Below, piece by piece: positions 33,882-45,857 of a stretch of DNA of 64,000 nucleotides. Position 1 is the stretch's first letter, and every line of letters starts with the position of its first letter. This DNA comes from Thermodesulfobacteriota bacterium. Lineage in GTDB: Bacteria; Desulfobacterota; Desulfobacteria; Desulfobacterales; JACKCP01. The DNA lies in the NCBI GenBank assembly GCA_051744925.1, contig JBNJDM010000001.1, positions 980-64,979 on the forward strand, read 5' to 3'. The position numbers and the translations under genes were made by a program. The notes beneath the pieces were generated by a model. It saw nothing but the letters and a program-made list of their open reading frames with translations. It did no database searches and was not told the origin of the DNA.

Positions 33882-34499
33882 ATGTGTAAAGGATTGATCG
33901 GTAAAAAACTTGGGATGACAAAAGTTTATACCCCCGAGGGAATTCAGGTTCCGGTCACTGTTGTAGAGGCAGGGCCCTGTGTTGTAACCCAGGTTAAGAC
34001 AAACGAGACTGACAATTACAATGCGCTTCAGCTTGCCTTTGATGAAAAGACCAAAAATGTGACTAAGCCTTTAAAAGGACATTTTGAAAAAAGCGGCGGA
34101 AAATATTTTTATAAGATTAATGAATTCCCTGCAGAAAATGTAGCAGAATATGAAGCCGGCCAGGAAATAGGACTCGATATTTTTTCAAAAGGTGAAAAAG
34201 TTTCTGTGTCAGGTAAGTCAAAAGGTAAAGGCTTTACAGGTACTGTAAAAAGATACGGTTTTTCACGCGGACCTGTTACTCACGGTTCAAGAAATGTGAG
34301 AAAGACCGGCTCAATTGGTTGCAGTGCAGATCCAGCAAGGGTTATTAAAGGTAAGAAGATGCCTGGTCAGCACGGAAATAAAAGGGTAACAGTTAATAAA
34401 CTTCAGATTATTGATATTATTCCCGAGGAAAACATTATCCTCATTAAGGGAGCAGTTCCGGGTCACAAAAACGGATATGTAGAGATCAGAAAATCGTAG
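33882..34499 (+). CDS. rplC: 50S ribosomal protein L3
   Basis: GLIGKKLGMTKVYTPEGIQVPVTVVEAGPCVV...GKGFTGTVKRYGF. Confidence 0.96.
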   Translation: MCKGLIGKKLGMTKVYTPEGIQVPVTVVEAGPCVVTQVKTNETDNYNALQLAFDEKTKNVTKPLKGHFEKSGGKYFYKINEFPAENVAEYEAGQEIGLDIFSKGEKVSVSGKSKGKGFTGTVKRYGFSRGPVTHGSRNVRKTGSIGCSADPARVIKGKKMPGQHGNKRVTVNKLQIIDIIPEENIILIKGAVPGHKNGYVEIRKS

Positions 34500-34542
34500 T
34501 TATAAGCTGTGAACGCATTGTAAAGGAAGAAATGAGGAAAAA

Positions 34543-35163
34543 ATGGCAGCTTTTGAAGTTTTAAACCAAAAAGGCGAAAAAGTATCCGATATCGAGCTAG
34601 AAGACGGTGTTTTTGACCTGAGTGTCAAAAAAGATATTCTTAATACCGTAGTTCGTATGCAGCTTTCTGCAAAAAGAGCGGGTACAGCGTCGACCAAAGG
34701 CAGATCCGAAATTAAAGGAAGCACTGCCAAAATGTTCAGGCAGAAAGGTACCGGCCGCGCAAGACGTGGTGATATCAAAGCTCCTCTGTTAAGAGGCGGC
34801 GGAGTTGTTTTCGGCCCAAAGCCGAGATCATATGAAATAAAGGTACCCAAGAAAGTAAGAAAAACAGCCAAAAAAATGGCTTTAAGTGCAAAGAACCAGA
34901 GCAGCACATTAAAAGTGTTGAACAAAATTGAGCTTGAAGAGATTAAAACAAAAGATTTTGTTGAGATATTAAACGCTCTGAACGTTAAAAATGCACTTTT
35001 TATTGTAGACGATATTGATGACAAAGTAATGCTTTCGGCCAGAAACGTTCCATCAGTAAAAGTTCTTCATATGGACGGGCTGAATGTTTATGATGTACTG
35101 AAGTATGAGCACGTTATTTTACTTGAGTCGTCAGCTAAAGCAATTGAAGGGAGGCTCGCATAA
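34543..35163 (+). CDS. rplD: 50S ribosomal protein L4
   Basis: ...[51 protein letters not shown]... Confidence 0.96.
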   Translation: MAAFEVLNQKGEKVSDIELEDGVFDLSVKKDILNTVVRMQLSAKRAGTASTKGRSEIKGSTAKMFRQKGTGRARRGDIKAPLLRGGGVVFGPKPRSYEIKVPKKVRKTAKKMALSAKNQSSTLKVLNKIELEEIKTKDFVEILNALNVKNALFIVDDIDDKVMLSARNVPSVKVLHMDGLNVYDVLKYEHVILLESSAKAIEGRLA

Positions 35164-35453
35164 TGAGAACCTCTTATGATATTATTATTGGACCGGTAAA
35201 TACCGAGAAGTCGAATCTTCAAAACGAAGTAAATAATCAGGTTACTTTTGAAGTGGACCCCCGTGCAAACAGAATTGAGATTAAAAAAGCTGTTGAAGAG
35301 ATTTTTAAGGTAAAAGTTGAAAAAGTCAGAACAGCTGTTGTTAAAGGCAAAAAGAAGCGCCGCGGTCTCATTATCGGCCAGAGGAAAAACTGGAAAAAAG
35401 CTATTGTGAATTTGGGCCACGGGGATAAAATCGAATTTTTTGAAGGTGTGTAG
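35163..35453 (+). CDS. rplW: 50S ribosomal protein L23
   Basis: The ATG overlaps the rplD stop (TAATG). Translation ...[31 protein letters not shown]... Confidence 0.95.
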   Translation: MRTSYDIIIGPVNTEKSNLQNEVNNQVTFEVDPRANRIEIKKAVEEIFKVKVEKVRTAVVKGKKKRRGLIIGQRKNWKKAIVNLGHGDKIEFFEGV

Positions 35454-35461
35454 AGGTATAA

Positions 35462-36289
35462 ATGGCTATAAAAAAAGTAAAACCGACGTCTCCTGGACGA
35501 AGAGGGCAGGAATACAGCACCTTTGAAGAGGTTACTAAAAAGGAGCCCGAAAGAAGTCTTGTTACATCGCTTAAGAGTAAAGCCGGAAGAAATTCCAACG
35601 GCAGAATAACTGCGAAGCACAGAGGCGGAGGTCATAAAAGACTTTACAGGAAAATAGATTTTAAGAGAGATAAGCTTGGAATTCCTGCAAAGGTAGCTTC
35701 AATTGAGTATGATCCTAACAGAACTTCAAGAATCGCTCTTTTGAACTATGCAGACGGAGAAAAAAGATATATTCTTGCTCCACAGGCACTTAAAGTAGGT
35801 GATATTGTTGAATCAGGTGATAATGTAGATATTAAGCCGGGCAATACCCTTCCTCTTAAGAATATTCCTTTGGGTACGCATTTGCATAATATTGAACTCC
35901 GTAAAGGACAGGGTGGACAGCTTGTGAGAAGTGCAGGCGTTTATGCCCAGCTTCTTGCTAAAGAGGATAAGTATGCTCTGATCAAAATGCCGTCCGGTGA
36001 AGTAAGAATGATTCTCCAGACCTGCAGGGCCACAGTTGGCCATGTAGGTAATAAAGATCATCTTAATATTGAAGCCGGCAAGGCGGGACGCAGCAGATGG
36101 AAAGGCCGTCGTCCAAGAGTCAGGGGTGTGGCAATGAACCCGGTCGATCATCCGATGGGCGGTGGTGAAGGCCGTTCTTCCGGAGGAAGGCATCCGTGCA
36201 GTCCTTGGGGTAAACCCAGCAAGGGTTACAGAACCAGGAAGAATAAGTCGACTGATCGTTATATTGTAAAGAGAAGAACAAGAAATTAA
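35462..36289 (+). CDS. rplB: 50S ribosomal protein L2
   Basis: [15 protein letters not shown]...[11 protein letters not shown]...[21 protein letters not shown]. Confidence 0.97.
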   Translation: MAIKKVKPTSPGRRGQEYSTFEEVTKKEPERSLVTSLKSKAGRNSNGRITAKHRGGGHKRLYRKIDFKRDKLGIPAKVASIEYDPNRTSRIALLNYADGEKRYILAPQALKVGDIVESGDNVDIKPGNTLPLKNIPLGTHLHNIELRKGQGGQLVRSAGVYAQLLAKEDKYALIKMPSGEVRMILQTCRATVGHVGNKDHLNIEAGKAGRSRWKGRRPRVRGVAMNPVDHPMGGGEGRSSGGRHPCSPWGKPSKGYRTRKNKSTDRYIVKRRTRN

Positions 36290-36302
36290 GGGGTAGAAGG
36301 TT

Positions 36303-36581
36303 ATGCCACGCTCATTAAAAAAAGGTCCGTTTATTGAAGCCAGTCTTTTTGATAAGATACTGGCGGCTCAGGAGAGCCAGAGTAAAAAAGTTATAAAGAC
36401 CTGGTCGAGAAGGTCAACTATACTTCCGGAAATGGTTGGATTGACCATTGCTGTCCATAACGGAAAGAAATTTGTGCCGGTTTTTATTACTGAGAACATG
36501 GTCGGGCATAAATTAGGCGAGTTTTCGCCTACCCGGACATATTATGGTCATGCGGCAGATAGAAAAGCAAAGGCTAAGTAA
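36303..36581 (+). CDS. rpsS: 30S ribosomal protein S19
   Basis: [11 protein letters not shown]...[28 protein letters not shown]. Confidence 0.97.
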   Translation: MPRSLKKGPFIEASLFDKILAAQESQSKKVIKTWSRRSTILPEMVGLTIAVHNGKKFVPVFITENMVGHKLGEFSPTRTYYGHAADRKAKAK

Positions 36582-36604
36582 TAAGGAAAAAGGGTGGCGA
36601 GAAT

Positions 36605-36940
36605 ATGGAAGTAAGAGCAATAGGAAGATATAAAAGAATATCACCTCAAAAGGTGCGTCTTGTTTTAGGGCGGGTAAAGGGTAAGCCTATAGAGCCCGGC
36701 CTGAATAATTTGAGTTTTATGCCGCAGAAAGCGGCCGGAATACTGGAAAAGATTGTCCGTTCAGCTGTTGCTAATGCAGAAGAAAAAGGACTGGATGTTG
36801 ATGATCTTTATATAAAAAATATTTACGTTGATCAGGGCCCTATGCTGAAAAGATTTCGTCCCAGAGCCAGAGGTCGTGCAACGAGAATTCTGAAAAGAAC
36901 CAGCCATATAACTGTGATATTATCAGAAAAGGCGGCATAA
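36605..36940 (+). CDS. rplV: 50S ribosomal protein L22
   Basis: [20 protein letters not shown]...[25 protein letters not shown]. Confidence 0.96.
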   Translation: MEVRAIGRYKRISPQKVRLVLGRVKGKPIEPGLNNLSFMPQKAAGILEKIVRSAVANAEEKGLDVDDLYIKNIYVDQGPMLKRFRPRARGRATRILKRTSHITVILSEKAA

Positions 36941-36952
36941 GGAGGGTAAGGT

Positions 36953-37615
36953 TTGGGTCAGAAAGTTAATCCTACAAGCTTGCGTCTTGGAATTGTCAAA
37001 ACATGGGATTCCAGATGGTTTGCAGAAAAAAAAGATTACAGCCAGCGTCTTCAGGAAGATTTTAAGTTGAGAAAATTCCTCAAAAAAAGACTGTATCACG
37101 CTGGTATTTCTAAAATAGAGATTGAAAGGTCCTCAAAAAGGATCAAAATTAGAATTTTTACTTCCCGTCCCGGAATTGTTATAGGGAAAAAAGGTGCTGA
37201 AATAGGTCAGATTAAGAATGAAGTTGCAAAGCAGATATCAAAACAGGAAGTTGTTATTGATATTCAGGAAGTTAGAAAACCTGAACTTGATGCTCAGCTT
37301 ATTTCAGAAAACGTTGCAGCGCAGCTTGAAAAAAGAGTTGCTTTCAGAAGAGCTATGAAAAGAAGTGTCAGCAGTGCAATGAGACTTGGCGCCGGTGGTG
37401 TTAAGATTATATGCGCAGGACGTCTGGGCGGCGCTGAAATGGCAAGAACTGAGTGGTATAAAGAGGGGAGAATTCCTCTTCATACATTAAGAGCCGATAT
37501 AGACTATGGATTTACACAGGCTGAAACCACATACGGAATAATCGGCATTAAAGTATTTCTTTTCAAAGGCGAAGTTCTGCAGAAAGAAAAAAACCTTGCG
37601 GAAGCGGAAAAATAG
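36953..37615 (+). CDS. rpsC: 30S ribosomal protein S3
   Basis: TTG start after GGAGGG. Translation [23 protein letters not shown]...[31 protein letters not shown]. Confidence 0.96.
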   Translation: MGQKVNPTSLRLGIVKTWDSRWFAEKKDYSQRLQEDFKLRKFLKKRLYHAGISKIEIERSSKRIKIRIFTSRPGIVIGKKGAEIGQIKNEVAKQISKQEVVIDIQEVRKPELDAQLISENVAAQLEKRVAFRRAMKRSVSSAMRLGAGGVKIICAGRLGGAEMARTEWYKEGRIPLHTLRADIDYGFTQAETTYGIIGIKVFLFKGEVLQKEKNLAEAEK

Positions 37616-37630
37616 GAGTTATTTTTAGCC

Positions 37631-38047
37631 ATGCTTAGTCCAAAGAGATTTAAATTCAGAAAGCAGCACAGAGGCCGTACAAGAGGCCAGGCTCTTAGAG
37701 GTTCTTCACTGAGCTTCGGAGAGTTCGGTCTTCAGGCTGTAGAGCCCGGATATATATCATCCAGGCAGATAGAAGCTGCAAGGATAGCAATAAACCGCTA
37801 TATTAAAAGAGGCGGTAAAATGTGGATAAGAATTTTCCCTGATAAACCGATTACAAAAAAACCTGCAGAGGTTAGGATGGGTAAGGGAAAAGGACCAAAC
37901 GAAGGTTGGGTAGCAAGAATCAAGCCCGGAAGAGTGATGTATGAACTTGAAGGGGTTGATAAGAATCAGGCAATGGAAGCTTTCAGGCTTGCATCGCACA
38001 AGCTGCCGATCAAAACCAGGTTTGTAGAAAGAGGCGATTGGTCATGA
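37631..38047 (+). CDS. rplP: 50S ribosomal protein L16
   Basis: [19 protein letters not shown]...[25 protein letters not shown]. Confidence 0.97.
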   Translation: MLSPKRFKFRKQHRGRTRGQALRGSSLSFGEFGLQAVEPGYISSRQIEAARIAINRYIKRGGKMWIRIFPDKPITKKPAEVRMGKGKGPNEGWVARIKPGRVMYELEGVDKNQAMEAFRLASHKLPIKTRFVERGDWS

Positions 38048-38238
38048 TAAGTGCTAGCAAATTAAGAGAAAAAAGTGTAGAAGAACTCGAGCAGCAGGTA
38101 AATGAACTGAAGCAGGAATTTTTTAATCTTCGTTTTCAGCACCGTACAGGTCAGCTTGAAAATACAGCTGAAATACCGAAGACTAAAAAAAATATTGCCA
38201 GAGTTATGACTGTACTGAATGAACAAAAAAACAAGTAG
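38044..38238 (+). CDS. rpmC: 50S ribosomal protein L29
   Basis: The ATG overlaps the rplP stop (ATGA). Translation [41 protein letters not shown]. The track start at 38038 is a TTG two codons upstream. Confidence 0.93.
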   Translation: MISASKLREKSVEELEQQVNELKQEFFNLRFQHRTGQLENTAEIPKTKKNIARVMTVLNEQKNK

Positions 38239-38247
38239 AGTGAAGCC

Positions 38248-38505
38248 ATGAGTGAAAGAGGAATGAAAAGACAACTGTCGGGTTACGTCGTCTCTGATAA
38301 AATGGATAAATCTGTTACAGTTAAAGTTGAAAGACTGGTAAAGCATCCATTGTATAAGAAGTACATCAGACGCCATAAAAAATATATGGCTCATGACGAG
38401 CGCAATGAATGCCAGATTGGAGACCGTGTTCAGATTCTGGAAGCACGCCCTTTGAGCAAAAATAAAAGATGGCGTGTCAGCAGAGTTATGGAAAAGGCTG
38501 TATAA
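38248..38505 (+). CDS. rpsQ: 30S ribosomal protein S17
   Basis: ...[40 protein letters not shown]... Confidence 0.96.
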   Translation: MSERGMKRQLSGYVVSDKMDKSVTVKVERLVKHPLYKKYIRRHKKYMAHDERNECQIGDRVQILEARPLSKNKRWRVSRVMEKAV

Positions 38506-38533
38506 TTTTTGTCAATCATAAAGGGTACCAACA

Positions 38534-38902
38534 ATGATTCAGCAGGAAACGCGTCTGGCCGTAGCCGATAATTCTGGAGCAAAAGAAGTTCTTTGCGTTA
38601 AGGTTCTCGGTGGATCCAGAAAAAGATACGCCAGAGTAGGCGATATAATTAAAGTTACAGTAAAAGAAGCTATACCGGGAGGTAAAGTCAAAAAAGGCGA
38701 CCTGGTTGATGCTGTAGTAGTAAGAACTAAAAAACAACTTCAGAGACCTGACGGCTCTAAAATCCGTTTTGATCAAAATGCAGCAGTTCTTATCAATCCG
38801 AACAAAGAGCCTGTTGGAACAAGGATTTTCGGTCCGATTGCAAGGGAACTCAGGGCTAAACGTTTTATGAGAATTATTTCGCTTGCACCTGAAGTGCTTT
38901 AA
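38534..38902 (+). CDS. rplN: 50S ribosomal protein L14
   Basis: [33 protein letters not shown]... Confidence 0.97.
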   Translation: MIQQETRLAVADNSGAKEVLCVKVLGGSRKRYARVGDIIKVTVKEAIPGGKVKKGDLVDAVVVRTKKQLQRPDGSKIRFDQNAAVLINPNKEPVGTRIFGPIARELRAKRFMRIISLAPEVL

Positions 38903-38920
38903 GAAAAAAGGAAAGTCCAA

Positions 38921-39247
38921 ATGCAGATTGTAAAAACAGGTCTGAAAAAAGATGACAAAATTAAAGTTATTGCCGGTAAAGACAACGGCAAGATAGGTAA
39001 AATACTTAAGGTTGACCGTAAGGAAAACCGGGTAGTTGTGGAGAACATAAATAAGGTGAAACGTCACGTCAAGCCGAGTATGCAGAACAGACAGGGCGGG
39101 ATCATCGATAAAGAAGCTCCTGTACATGCTTCAAATGTTATGCTCCTTTGTTCACAGTGCATGAAGCCGACAAGAATAAGCTTTAAAATGCTTGAAAACG
39201 GCGATAAAGTACGCATATGCAATAAGTGCAAGGAAGTTGTAAGTTAA
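38921..39247 (+). CDS. rplX: 50S ribosomal protein L24
   Basis: KOW motif LKKDDKIKVIAGKDNGKIGKILKV. The C-terminal part carries a CSQC...CNKC zinc-ribbon-like pair. Confidence 0.95.
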   Translation: MQIVKTGLKKDDKIKVIAGKDNGKIGKILKVDRKENRVVVENINKVKRHVKPSMQNRQGGIIDKEAPVHASNVMLLCSQCMKPTRISFKMLENGDKVRICNKCKEVVS

Positions 39248-39281
39248 GTAGTTTGTGCAGGGAGTGTCCCGGAGGATTTAG

Positions 39282-39821
39282 ATGGTTGATATGAGAGATT
39301 ATTATAAGACAGAAGTTGTGCCAAAGCTCACAGAAGCTTTCAATTACGAAAACGTAATGGAAGTTCCGAGGATTGAAAAAGTAGTTTTAAATATGGGTGT
39401 TGGTGACGCAATTTCGAACAACAAAGTTTTGGATTCAGCAGTCGATGAAATGACTCTGATTTCCGGTCAGAAACCTGTAGTAACAAAGGCCAGGAAATCT
39501 ATTGCAGCTTTCAAATTAAGACAGGGAATGCCCATCGGCTGTATGGTTACTTTAAGAAGAAAGAAAATGTATGATTTTCTTACCCGTCTTGTAAATGTAG
39601 CCCTTCCAAGGGTAAAAGATTTTAAAGGTATATCGGGTAAGTCTTTTGATGGTTACGGGAATTATACTCTCGGTATAAAAGAGCAGATGATTTTCCCGGA
39701 AATAGTTTATGATAAGGTTGATAAAATTAAGGGACTCAATATCTCTATAGTAACTACGGCAGGAACAGACAGTGAAGCTAAAGAACTTTTAAAACTGTTG
39801 GGTATGCCGTTTAGAAATTAA
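39282..39821 (+). CDS. rplE: 50S ribosomal protein L5
   Basis: ...[35 protein letters not shown]... The start could alternatively be the ATG at 39291. Confidence 0.95.
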   Translation: MVDMRDYYKTEVVPKLTEAFNYENVMEVPRIEKVVLNMGVGDAISNNKVLDSAVDEMTLISGQKPVVTKARKSIAAFKLRQGMPIGCMVTLRRKKMYDFLTRLVNVALPRVKDFKGISGKSFDGYGNYTLGIKEQMIFPEIVYDKVDKIKGLNISIVTTAGTDSEAKELLKLLGMPFRN

Positions 39822-39835
39822 TAAGGAGGAAAGTT

Positions 39836-40021
39836 TTGGCAAGAAAAGCTTTAATAGAAAAGGCAGCAAAAAAGCCAAAATATAAAGTTCGTGGATATAA
39901 CAGATGTCCTCTTTGCGGTCGCCCGAGAGCTTTTATGAGATATTTTGGTGTGTGCAGAATTTGTTTCAGAGATCTTGCTTCTAACGGCAAGTTGCCTGGT
40001 GTTACAAAGTCTAGCTGGTAA
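39836..40021 (+). CDS. rpsN: 30S ribosomal protein S14, short zinc-binding (type Z) form
   Basis: 61 aa with [22 protein letters not shown] (CxxC...CxxC); TTG start after AAGGAGG. Confidence 0.95.
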   Translation: MARKALIEKAAKKPKYKVRGYNRCPLCGRPRAFMRYFGVCRICFRDLASNGKLPGVTKSSW

Positions 40022-40049
40022 TTTATAATTTAAAGTACGGAGATATGAT

Positions 40050-40451
40050 ATGAGTGCAATCACAGATCCGATTGCAGATTTGCTTACAAGAATCAGAAAT
40101 GCTGGAAATGCGAAACTTGAAAGCGTTGATGTTCCAAATTCTAATGTAAAGACAAATTTAGTAAAGATTTTGGTCGAACAGGGCTATGTCAATGACTATA
40201 AAGTAATAGAAGATGGTAAACAGGGAATTCTTCGCATATATCTGAAGTTTGTTGAAGGCAGAAAACACGCAATTTTCGGTTTAGAGAGAGTAAGCAAGTC
40301 AAGCAGAAGAGTTTATACAAAAGCTACGGAAGTACCAAAAGTAAGAAACGGACTGGGTATTTCCATAGTATCGACATCAAAAGGTTTGATGGATGACAGA
40401 AAAGCCAGAGCTCAAAATGTTGGCGGAGAAATACTCTGCAATGTTTGGTAA
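40050..40451 (+). CDS. rpsH: 30S ribosomal protein S8
   Basis: ITDPIADLLTRIRNAGNAKLESVDVPNSNVK... Confidence 0.97.
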   Translation: MSAITDPIADLLTRIRNAGNAKLESVDVPNSNVKTNLVKILVEQGYVNDYKVIEDGKQGILRIYLKFVEGRKHAIFGLERVSKSSRRVYTKATEVPKVRNGLGISIVSTSKGLMDDRKARAQNVGGEILCNVW

Positions 40452-40465
40452 GAATAGGAGATAAT

Positions 40466-41002
40466 ATGTCACGTATAGGAAATAAACCTGTTAGCCTCCC
40501 GGGTAGTGTCAAGGCAGAGTATAAAGACAGTATTATTTTTATAGAAGGTGCCAAAGGAAAACTGGAGCAAAGTATTCATCCTGAAGTTGAACTCGATATT
40601 TCAGAGGATGTAATTAATGTAAAGTCGAAATCTCCGAAAAAAGAGATAAGGGCATTCCAGGGTATGACCCGCGCACTTATAGCCAATATGGTAACAGGTG
40701 TAAGCGAAGGTTTTCAAAAAGTACTTGAAATAAACGGTGTGGGTTACAGAGCAGAAATGAAGGGAAATGATCTGATTTTAAACCTTGGATATTCAAACCC
40801 TGTTGTATACCCTGTACCTGAAGGACTTACTGTCAGTATTGAAGGCAATAAAATTACTATTTCAGGCATTGATAAACAAAAAGTTGGTCAGGTTGCGGCT
40901 GAAATCAGAGAAAAAAGACCTCCTGAGCCATATAAGGGTAAAGGGGTTAAATATGCAGATGAGCATATTATAAGAAAAGCCGGAAAAGCTGCTAAGGCAT
41001 AA
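40466..41002 (+). CDS. rplF: 50S ribosomal protein L6
   Basis: MSRIGNKPVSLPGSVK... ATG 40466 follows AGGAG. The track start at 40445 overlaps the rpsH 3' end and adds 7 non-homologous residues. Confidence 0.95.
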   Translation: MSRIGNKPVSLPGSVKAEYKDSIIFIEGAKGKLEQSIHPEVELDISEDVINVKSKSPKKEIRAFQGMTRALIANMVTGVSEGFQKVLEINGVGYRAEMKGNDLILNLGYSNPVVYPVPEGLTVSIEGNKITISGIDKQKVGQVAAEIREKRPPEPYKGKGVKYADEHIIRKAGKAAKA

Positions 41003-41020
41003 ATGATATGAGGTGTTATA

Positions 41021-41389
41021 ATGGGTTTTAAAAGAGAACCTAAATATATTTCGAGATATAAAAGAAAAAAAAGAATAAGAAGAAAGATCAAAGGGACAAC
41101 TGAGTGTCCCAGACTTTCTGTTTTCAGAAGCGCCAGGCATATTTACGCCCAGGTAATAGATGATATCAAAGGCGAAACCCTGGTTTCAGCTTCAACAGTA
41201 GACAAAGATATTGCAGGTACTCAATTTGAAAATAAGGTTGATGCTGCCGTAAAAATCGGACGTGCTGTAGCTGAAAAAGCAAAAGGAAAAGGTATTGAAG
41301 CCGTGGTGTTCGACAGAAACGGATTTATCTATCACGGCAGAGTAAAGGCCTTGTCAGACAGTGCAAGAGAAGCAGGTCTTAATTTTTAA
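41021..41389 (+). CDS. rplR: 50S ribosomal protein L18
   Basis: ...[29 protein letters not shown]...[25 protein letters not shown]. Confidence 0.96.
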   Translation: MGFKREPKYISRYKRKKRIRRKIKGTTECPRLSVFRSARHIYAQVIDDIKGETLVSASTVDKDIAGTQFENKVDAAVKIGRAVAEKAKGKGIEAVVFDRNGFIYHGRVKALSDSAREAGLNF

Positions 41390-41407
41390 TGATCGTAGGA
41401 GGCTGTT

Positions 41408-41905
41408 TTGTATAAAAAAGAGACAGATGATAAACAACTTATAGATAAAGTTGTTCATATTAAAAGGGTTGCCAAAGTTGTAAAAGGTGGCCGCAGATTC
41501 AGTTTCGGCGCTCTTGTGGTCGTCGGAGACGGACAGGGTAAAGTAGGCTTCGGTACAGGCAAGGCCGGAGAAGTTCCTGAAGCGATAAGAAAGGCTGTGG
41601 AACAGGCTAAAAGAAACATGGTTACAGTTTATCTTACACACGGAACAATACCTTATACAACAAACGGAAGATTTGGTGCAGGAAAAGTTCTTTTAAAACC
41701 TGCAGCTCCGGGTACAGGTGTTATTGCCGGTGGTGCGGTACGTTCTGTACTTGAAGCGGTCGGAGTTACAGATATCCTCACAAAGTGCATTGGTACAAAC
41801 AATCCGAATAACGTTGTAAGAGCAACAATAGAAGGGCTTGTAAACCTTGAAAGTCCGGATGAAGTTGCAAAGCGCCGCGGAATTGATGTCAATGAACTTA
41901 AATAA
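41408..41905 (+). CDS. rpsE: 30S ribosomal protein S5
   Basis: TTG start after GGAGG. Translation ...[49 protein letters not shown]. Confidence 0.96.
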   Translation: MYKKETDDKQLIDKVVHIKRVAKVVKGGRRFSFGALVVVGDGQGKVGFGTGKAGEVPEAIRKAVEQAKRNMVTVYLTHGTIPYTTNGRFGAGKVLLKPAAPGTGVIAGGAVRSVLEAVGVTDILTKCIGTNNPNNVVRATIEGLVNLESPDEVAKRRGIDVNELK

Positions 41906-41947
41906 CATATAAATGCTGGATCTTTTAAATGATCTGGAGGGTGTGAT

Positions 41948-42130
41948 ATGGCTGAAAAATTAAAGATAACCATGATACGAAGCTTGATTGGTAGTCCGGA
42001 AAAACACAGAAAAACTTTAAAAGCTATGGGCCTGACAAGAATAGGCAAAAAAGTTGAAATGGCGGATATCCCGGCTGCAAGAGGAATGATCCGCAAAGTT
42101 GAGCATATGGTCAAGGTTGAGGAGATTTAG
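41948..42130 (+). CDS. rpmD: 50S ribosomal protein L30
   Basis: [33 protein letters not shown]. Confidence 0.95.
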   Translation: MAEKLKITMIRSLIGSPEKHRKTLKAMGLTRIGKKVEMADIPAARGMIRKVEHMVKVEEI

Positions 42131-42135
42131 TATAT

Positions 42136-42582
42136 ATGAGACTGCATGAGCTTTCACCGGCTGAGGGAAGCCGTAAAAACAGAAAAAGAAAAGGACGCGG
42201 TCCCGGTTCAGGAAACGGAAAAACTGCAGGACGCGGAACCAAGGGTCAGAGAGCCCGCTCTGGAGGTAAGGTAAGAGTTGGATTTGAAGGCGGGCAGATG
42301 CCTCTTCAGAGAAGACTTCCCAAAAGAGGTTTTACAAATATTTTTAAAAAAGAATTTGCTGAACTAAATATCGAGGATCTTGCATCTTTTGAATCAAACA
42401 CCGAGATTGATGAAAAGTTTTTGCTTAGTAATGGTAAAATCAGCAGGCTTAAAAACGGAGTAAAGATACTTGGTCGTGGTGAAATCGATGTTCCTTTGAC
42501 ATTAAAAGTCAGCAAAGCAAGTAAAAGTGCAATCGAAAAAATTGAAGCGGCCGGCGGTCGTGTAGAGGTAATAACCAAATGA
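42136..42582 (+). CDS. rplO: 50S ribosomal protein L15
   Basis: [38 protein letters not shown]... Confidence 0.96.
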   Translation: MRLHELSPAEGSRKNRKRKGRGPGSGNGKTAGRGTKGQRARSGGKVRVGFEGGQMPLQRRLPKRGFTNIFKKEFAELNIEDLASFESNTEIDEKFLLSNGKISRLKNGVKILGRGEIDVPLTLKVSKASKSAIEKIEAAGGRVEVITK

Positions 42583-43916
42583 TAACTGGAAGCGGGTATC
42601 AAAACATATTTAAACAGGCGGAGCTGAAAAAAAGACTGCTGGTTACGGCGGCTCTGCTGCTGGTCTACAGGATAGGCGTGCATGTCCCTACTCCGGGAAT
42701 CGACAGGGAAGCACTTCTTGCATTGTTTGCATCTGCAGAAGGAACCCTTTTCTCGATGTTTGACATGTTTGCAGGTGGTGCTTTAAGTCAGCTCTCTGTT
42801 TTTGCTCTTGGTATCATGCCCTATATCAGTGCTGCAATTATATTTGAGCTTTTAAAAGTCTCTGTTCCTTATCTTCAGCAGCTGAAAAAAGAAGGTGAAC
42901 AGGGCAGGCGCAAGATGACCCAGTATACCAGATATGCTACTGTTGCGATAAGTCTTGTTCAGGGTATAGGAATCAGTATAGGTCTTGAAAGTATGACTGC
43001 TCCGGGTGGAGCTGCTGTAGTACTTGATCCCGGCTGGCCATTCCGGATAATGACAATGATTACGCTTACAGCCGGTACAATATTTATTATGTGGCTCGGT
43101 GAACAGATAACCGAACGTGGTATCGGCAACGGTATATCATTGATAATTTTTGCAGGTATAGTAGCGCGTCTTCCTGCAGCAATAACAAATACATTCAAAC
43201 TTGTTTCCAATGGCGAGATGAGTGTTTTCGGGCTTATAATCCTGGTAGCGCTTATGGTTGGTGTCATCGCATTTATTATATTTATGGAACAGGCTCAGAG
43301 AAGAATTCCGGTGCAGTACGCCAAAAGAGTCGTCGGAAGAAAAATGTTTGGCGGGCAGAGTTCGCATTTACCTCTGAAGATAAACAGTGCGGGTGTTATT
43401 CCGCCTATTTTTGCATCATCCCTTATGATGTTTCCGGCAACTATGGCCAATATTATCAATATTCCGGCCATGGAGACATTTTCCAATCTCCTTGCACCGG
43501 GCTCAATAATTTATAATCTTGTCTATGTAGCTTTTATAGTATTTTTCTGCTTTTTTTACACAGCAATTCAGTTTAATCCTGAAGAACTGTCTGAAAATCT
43601 TAAAAAGGGCGGAGGATATATTCCAGGTGTAAGACCGGGGGCGAAGACTACTGAATATATAGATAAAGTAATTACAAGACTTACATTCTCAGGTTCTATT
43701 TATATCTCTGCTGTCTGCGTACTACCGACAATTTTAATTTCCAAATACAATGTCCCGTTTTATTTTGGTGGGACAGCTCTTTTGATTGTCGTAGGTGTAG
43801 CCATTGATTTTGTAGGACAGGTTGAATCCCATCTGATAAACAGAAATTACCAGGGATTTTTAACCGATAATTCAGGAGACAATAAAAAGAAAAAATCTGG
43901 ACTAAGTATTAGATAA
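42579..43916 (+). CDS. secY: preprotein translocase subunit SecY
   Basis: The ATG overlaps the rplO stop. 10-TM pattern with [32 protein letters not shown] and [13 protein letters not shown]. Confidence 0.96.
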   Translation: MITGSGYQNIFKQAELKKRLLVTAALLLVYRIGVHVPTPGIDREALLALFASAEGTLFSMFDMFAGGALSQLSVFALGIMPYISAAIIFELLKVSVPYLQQLKKEGEQGRRKMTQYTRYATVAISLVQGIGISIGLESMTAPGGAAVVLDPGWPFRIMTMITLTAGTIFIMWLGEQITERGIGNGISLIIFAGIVARLPAAITNTFKLVSNGEMSVFGLIILVALMVGVIAFIIFMEQAQRRIPVQYAKRVVGRKMFGGQSSHLPLKINSAGVIPPIFASSLMMFPATMANIINIPAMETFSNLLAPGSIIYNLVYVAFIVFFCFFYTAIQFNPEELSENLKKGGGYIPGVRPGAKTTEYIDKVITRLTFSGSIYISAVCVLPTILISKYNVPFYFGGTALLIVVGVAIDFVGQVESHLINRNYQGFLTDNSGDNKKKKSGLSIR

Positions 43917-43969
43917 GTGTTATTTTTTCAAATTTGATTTCCTGTTGTGTATAATTGAAAGGAGTTGGT

Positions 43970-44191
43970 ATGGCAAAGGAAGAAGCCATAAAAGTTGAAG
44001 GTACGGTTACAGAAACCTTGCCCAATGCAGTTTTTCGTGTTGAACTTGAAAATGGTCATGAGATTATGGCTCACATTTCAGGTAAGATGCGTATGCATTT
44101 TATTAAAATTTTGCCAGGTGATCAGGTTACAGTAGAACTGTCCCCCTATGATCTTACCCGGGGAAGAATAGTATATAGAGCTAAAAAATAG
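43970..44191 (+). CDS. infA: translation initiation factor IF-1
   Basis: [51 protein letters not shown]. The ATG follows AGGAG; the track's TTG at 43955 is unlikely. Confidence 0.95.
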   Translation: MAKEEAIKVEGTVTETLPNAVFRVELENGHEIMAHISGKMRMHFIKILPGDQVTVELSPYDLTRGRIVYRAKK

Positions 44192-44210
44192 AATCCAGCA
44201 GAGGTTAATC

Positions 44211-44324
44211 ATGAAAGTCAGACCTTCAGTAAAGAAAATGTGCAGAAATTGTCGCGTTATAAAGCGAAAAGGTGTGGTAAGAGTTATTTGTTCAAACAAG
44301 CGTCATAAACAGAGGCAAGGTTAA
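44211..44324 (+). CDS. rpmJ: 50S ribosomal protein L36
   Basis: Not in the ORF track (37 aa). Hand translation [37 protein letters not shown]. Confidence 0.9.
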   Translation: MKVRPSVKKMCRNCRVIKRKGVVRVICSNKRHKQRQG

Positions 44325-44335
44325 AGGAGGGTATT

Positions 44336-44704
<369 letters not shown>

Positions 44705-44728
44705 TTAATTTTTGAGGTAATAATAAAA

Positions 44729-45118
44729 ATGGCAAAAGTTAAGGTTAAAAAGAAAAAAAGAACCAGAAAGAATATATCGACCGGAGTAGCGCATATACTC
44801 TCTACATTTAATAATTCAATAGTGAGTATAACAGATACATCCGGAAACGTTATATGCTGGTCAACTTCAGGTGCTATGGGTTTTAAAGGCTCAAGAAAAA
44901 GTACTCCGTTTGCTTCTCAGATGGCAGCTGAAGATGCTGCTAAAAAAGCAGTCGATAATGGAATGAAAACTGTTGAGGTTTATGTTAAAGGCCCTGGCGC
45001 AGGACGTGAGTCAGCTGTAAGAGCGTTACAGTCTGCAGGTCTTAATGTAACTATGATAAGAGACGTTACTCCGGTTCCGCATAACGGATGCCGTCCGCCT
45101 AAGCGCAGAAGAGTATAA
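44729..45118 (+). CDS. rpsK: 30S ribosomal protein S11
   Basis: ...[44 protein letters not shown]... Confidence 0.96.
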   Translation: MAKVKVKKKKRTRKNISTGVAHILSTFNNSIVSITDTSGNVICWSTSGAMGFKGSRKSTPFASQMAAEDAAKKAVDNGMKTVEVYVKGPGAGRESAVRALQSAGLNVTMIRDVTPVPHNGCRPPKRRRV

Positions 45119-45159
45119 TAGTTTTAAAATATGGAAATATTTAATTAAGGAGGAGAACC

Positions 45160-45786
45160 TTGTCTCGATACAGGGGAGCAGTCTGCAGGCATTGCAGACG
45201 TGAAAATATAAAATTGTTTCTTAAAGGCGATAGATGCTACACAGACAAGTGTGCATTTGAAAGACGTTCATATGCACCAGGTGAGCATGGTCAGAAAAGA
45301 GGGAAACTTTCTGATTACGGTATTCAGCTGAGAGAAAAGCAGAAAGTAAGAAGACTTTACGGCTTGTCTGAAAAACAGTTCAGGCTGACTTTTCACAAGT
45401 CATCAAGACTTCAGGGTGTTACAGGTGAAAATTTTCTATCTATTCTTGAGCGTCGTCTGGATAATGTTATTTACCGTTTCGGGTTTGCTGGTTCAAGAAA
45501 CCAGGCTCGTCAGTTTGTAAGACACAATCATTTTACAGTAAACGGTGTAAAAACAAATATTCCTTCATATGTTGTAAAGCCCGGAGATGTTATAGAACTG
45601 GTTGAAAAAAGCAGAAGTAACCAGTATATAAATGATTCTCTTACTGCTGTTGAAAGACGCGGTATATCTCAGTGGCTGGAGCTTGAGAAGGATAACTACA
45701 AAGGTATAGTTAAAAATACACCTGTAAGAGAAGATATTACATTGCCTATACAGGAAAATTTGATAGTTGAATTTTATTCAAGGTAG
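45160..45786 (+). CDS. rpsD: 30S ribosomal protein S4
   Basis: TTG start after AGGAG. Translation SRYRGAVCRHCRRENIKLFLKGDRCYTDKCAFERR... Confidence 0.96.
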   Translation: MSRYRGAVCRHCRRENIKLFLKGDRCYTDKCAFERRSYAPGEHGQKRGKLSDYGIQLREKQKVRRLYGLSEKQFRLTFHKSSRLQGVTGENFLSILERRLDNVIYRFGFAGSRNQARQFVRHNHFTVNGVKTNIPSYVVKPGDVIELVEKSRSNQYINDSLTAVERRGISQWLELEKDNYKGIVKNTPVREDITLPIQENLIVEFYSR

Positions 45787-45857
45787 TAATTTTTTTAATT
45801 CAGGGATAGTTTTTAGTTATAAAATAAACACCTTCCTAGCTTAAAGGGAGTAATTTA

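Noticed and set aside
34500-35024. 174-aa minus-strand ORF antisense to rplD. Similar antisense ORFs occur at 35237-35635, 38516-39127, 41653-42114, 29242-29811, 24163-24555, 8003-8554 and 63382-63786.
   Set aside because: All lie fully inside well-supported genes on the other strand. They have low-complexity or hydrophobic nonsense translations and no ribosome-binding sites. They are typical shadow ORFs of an AT-rich genome.
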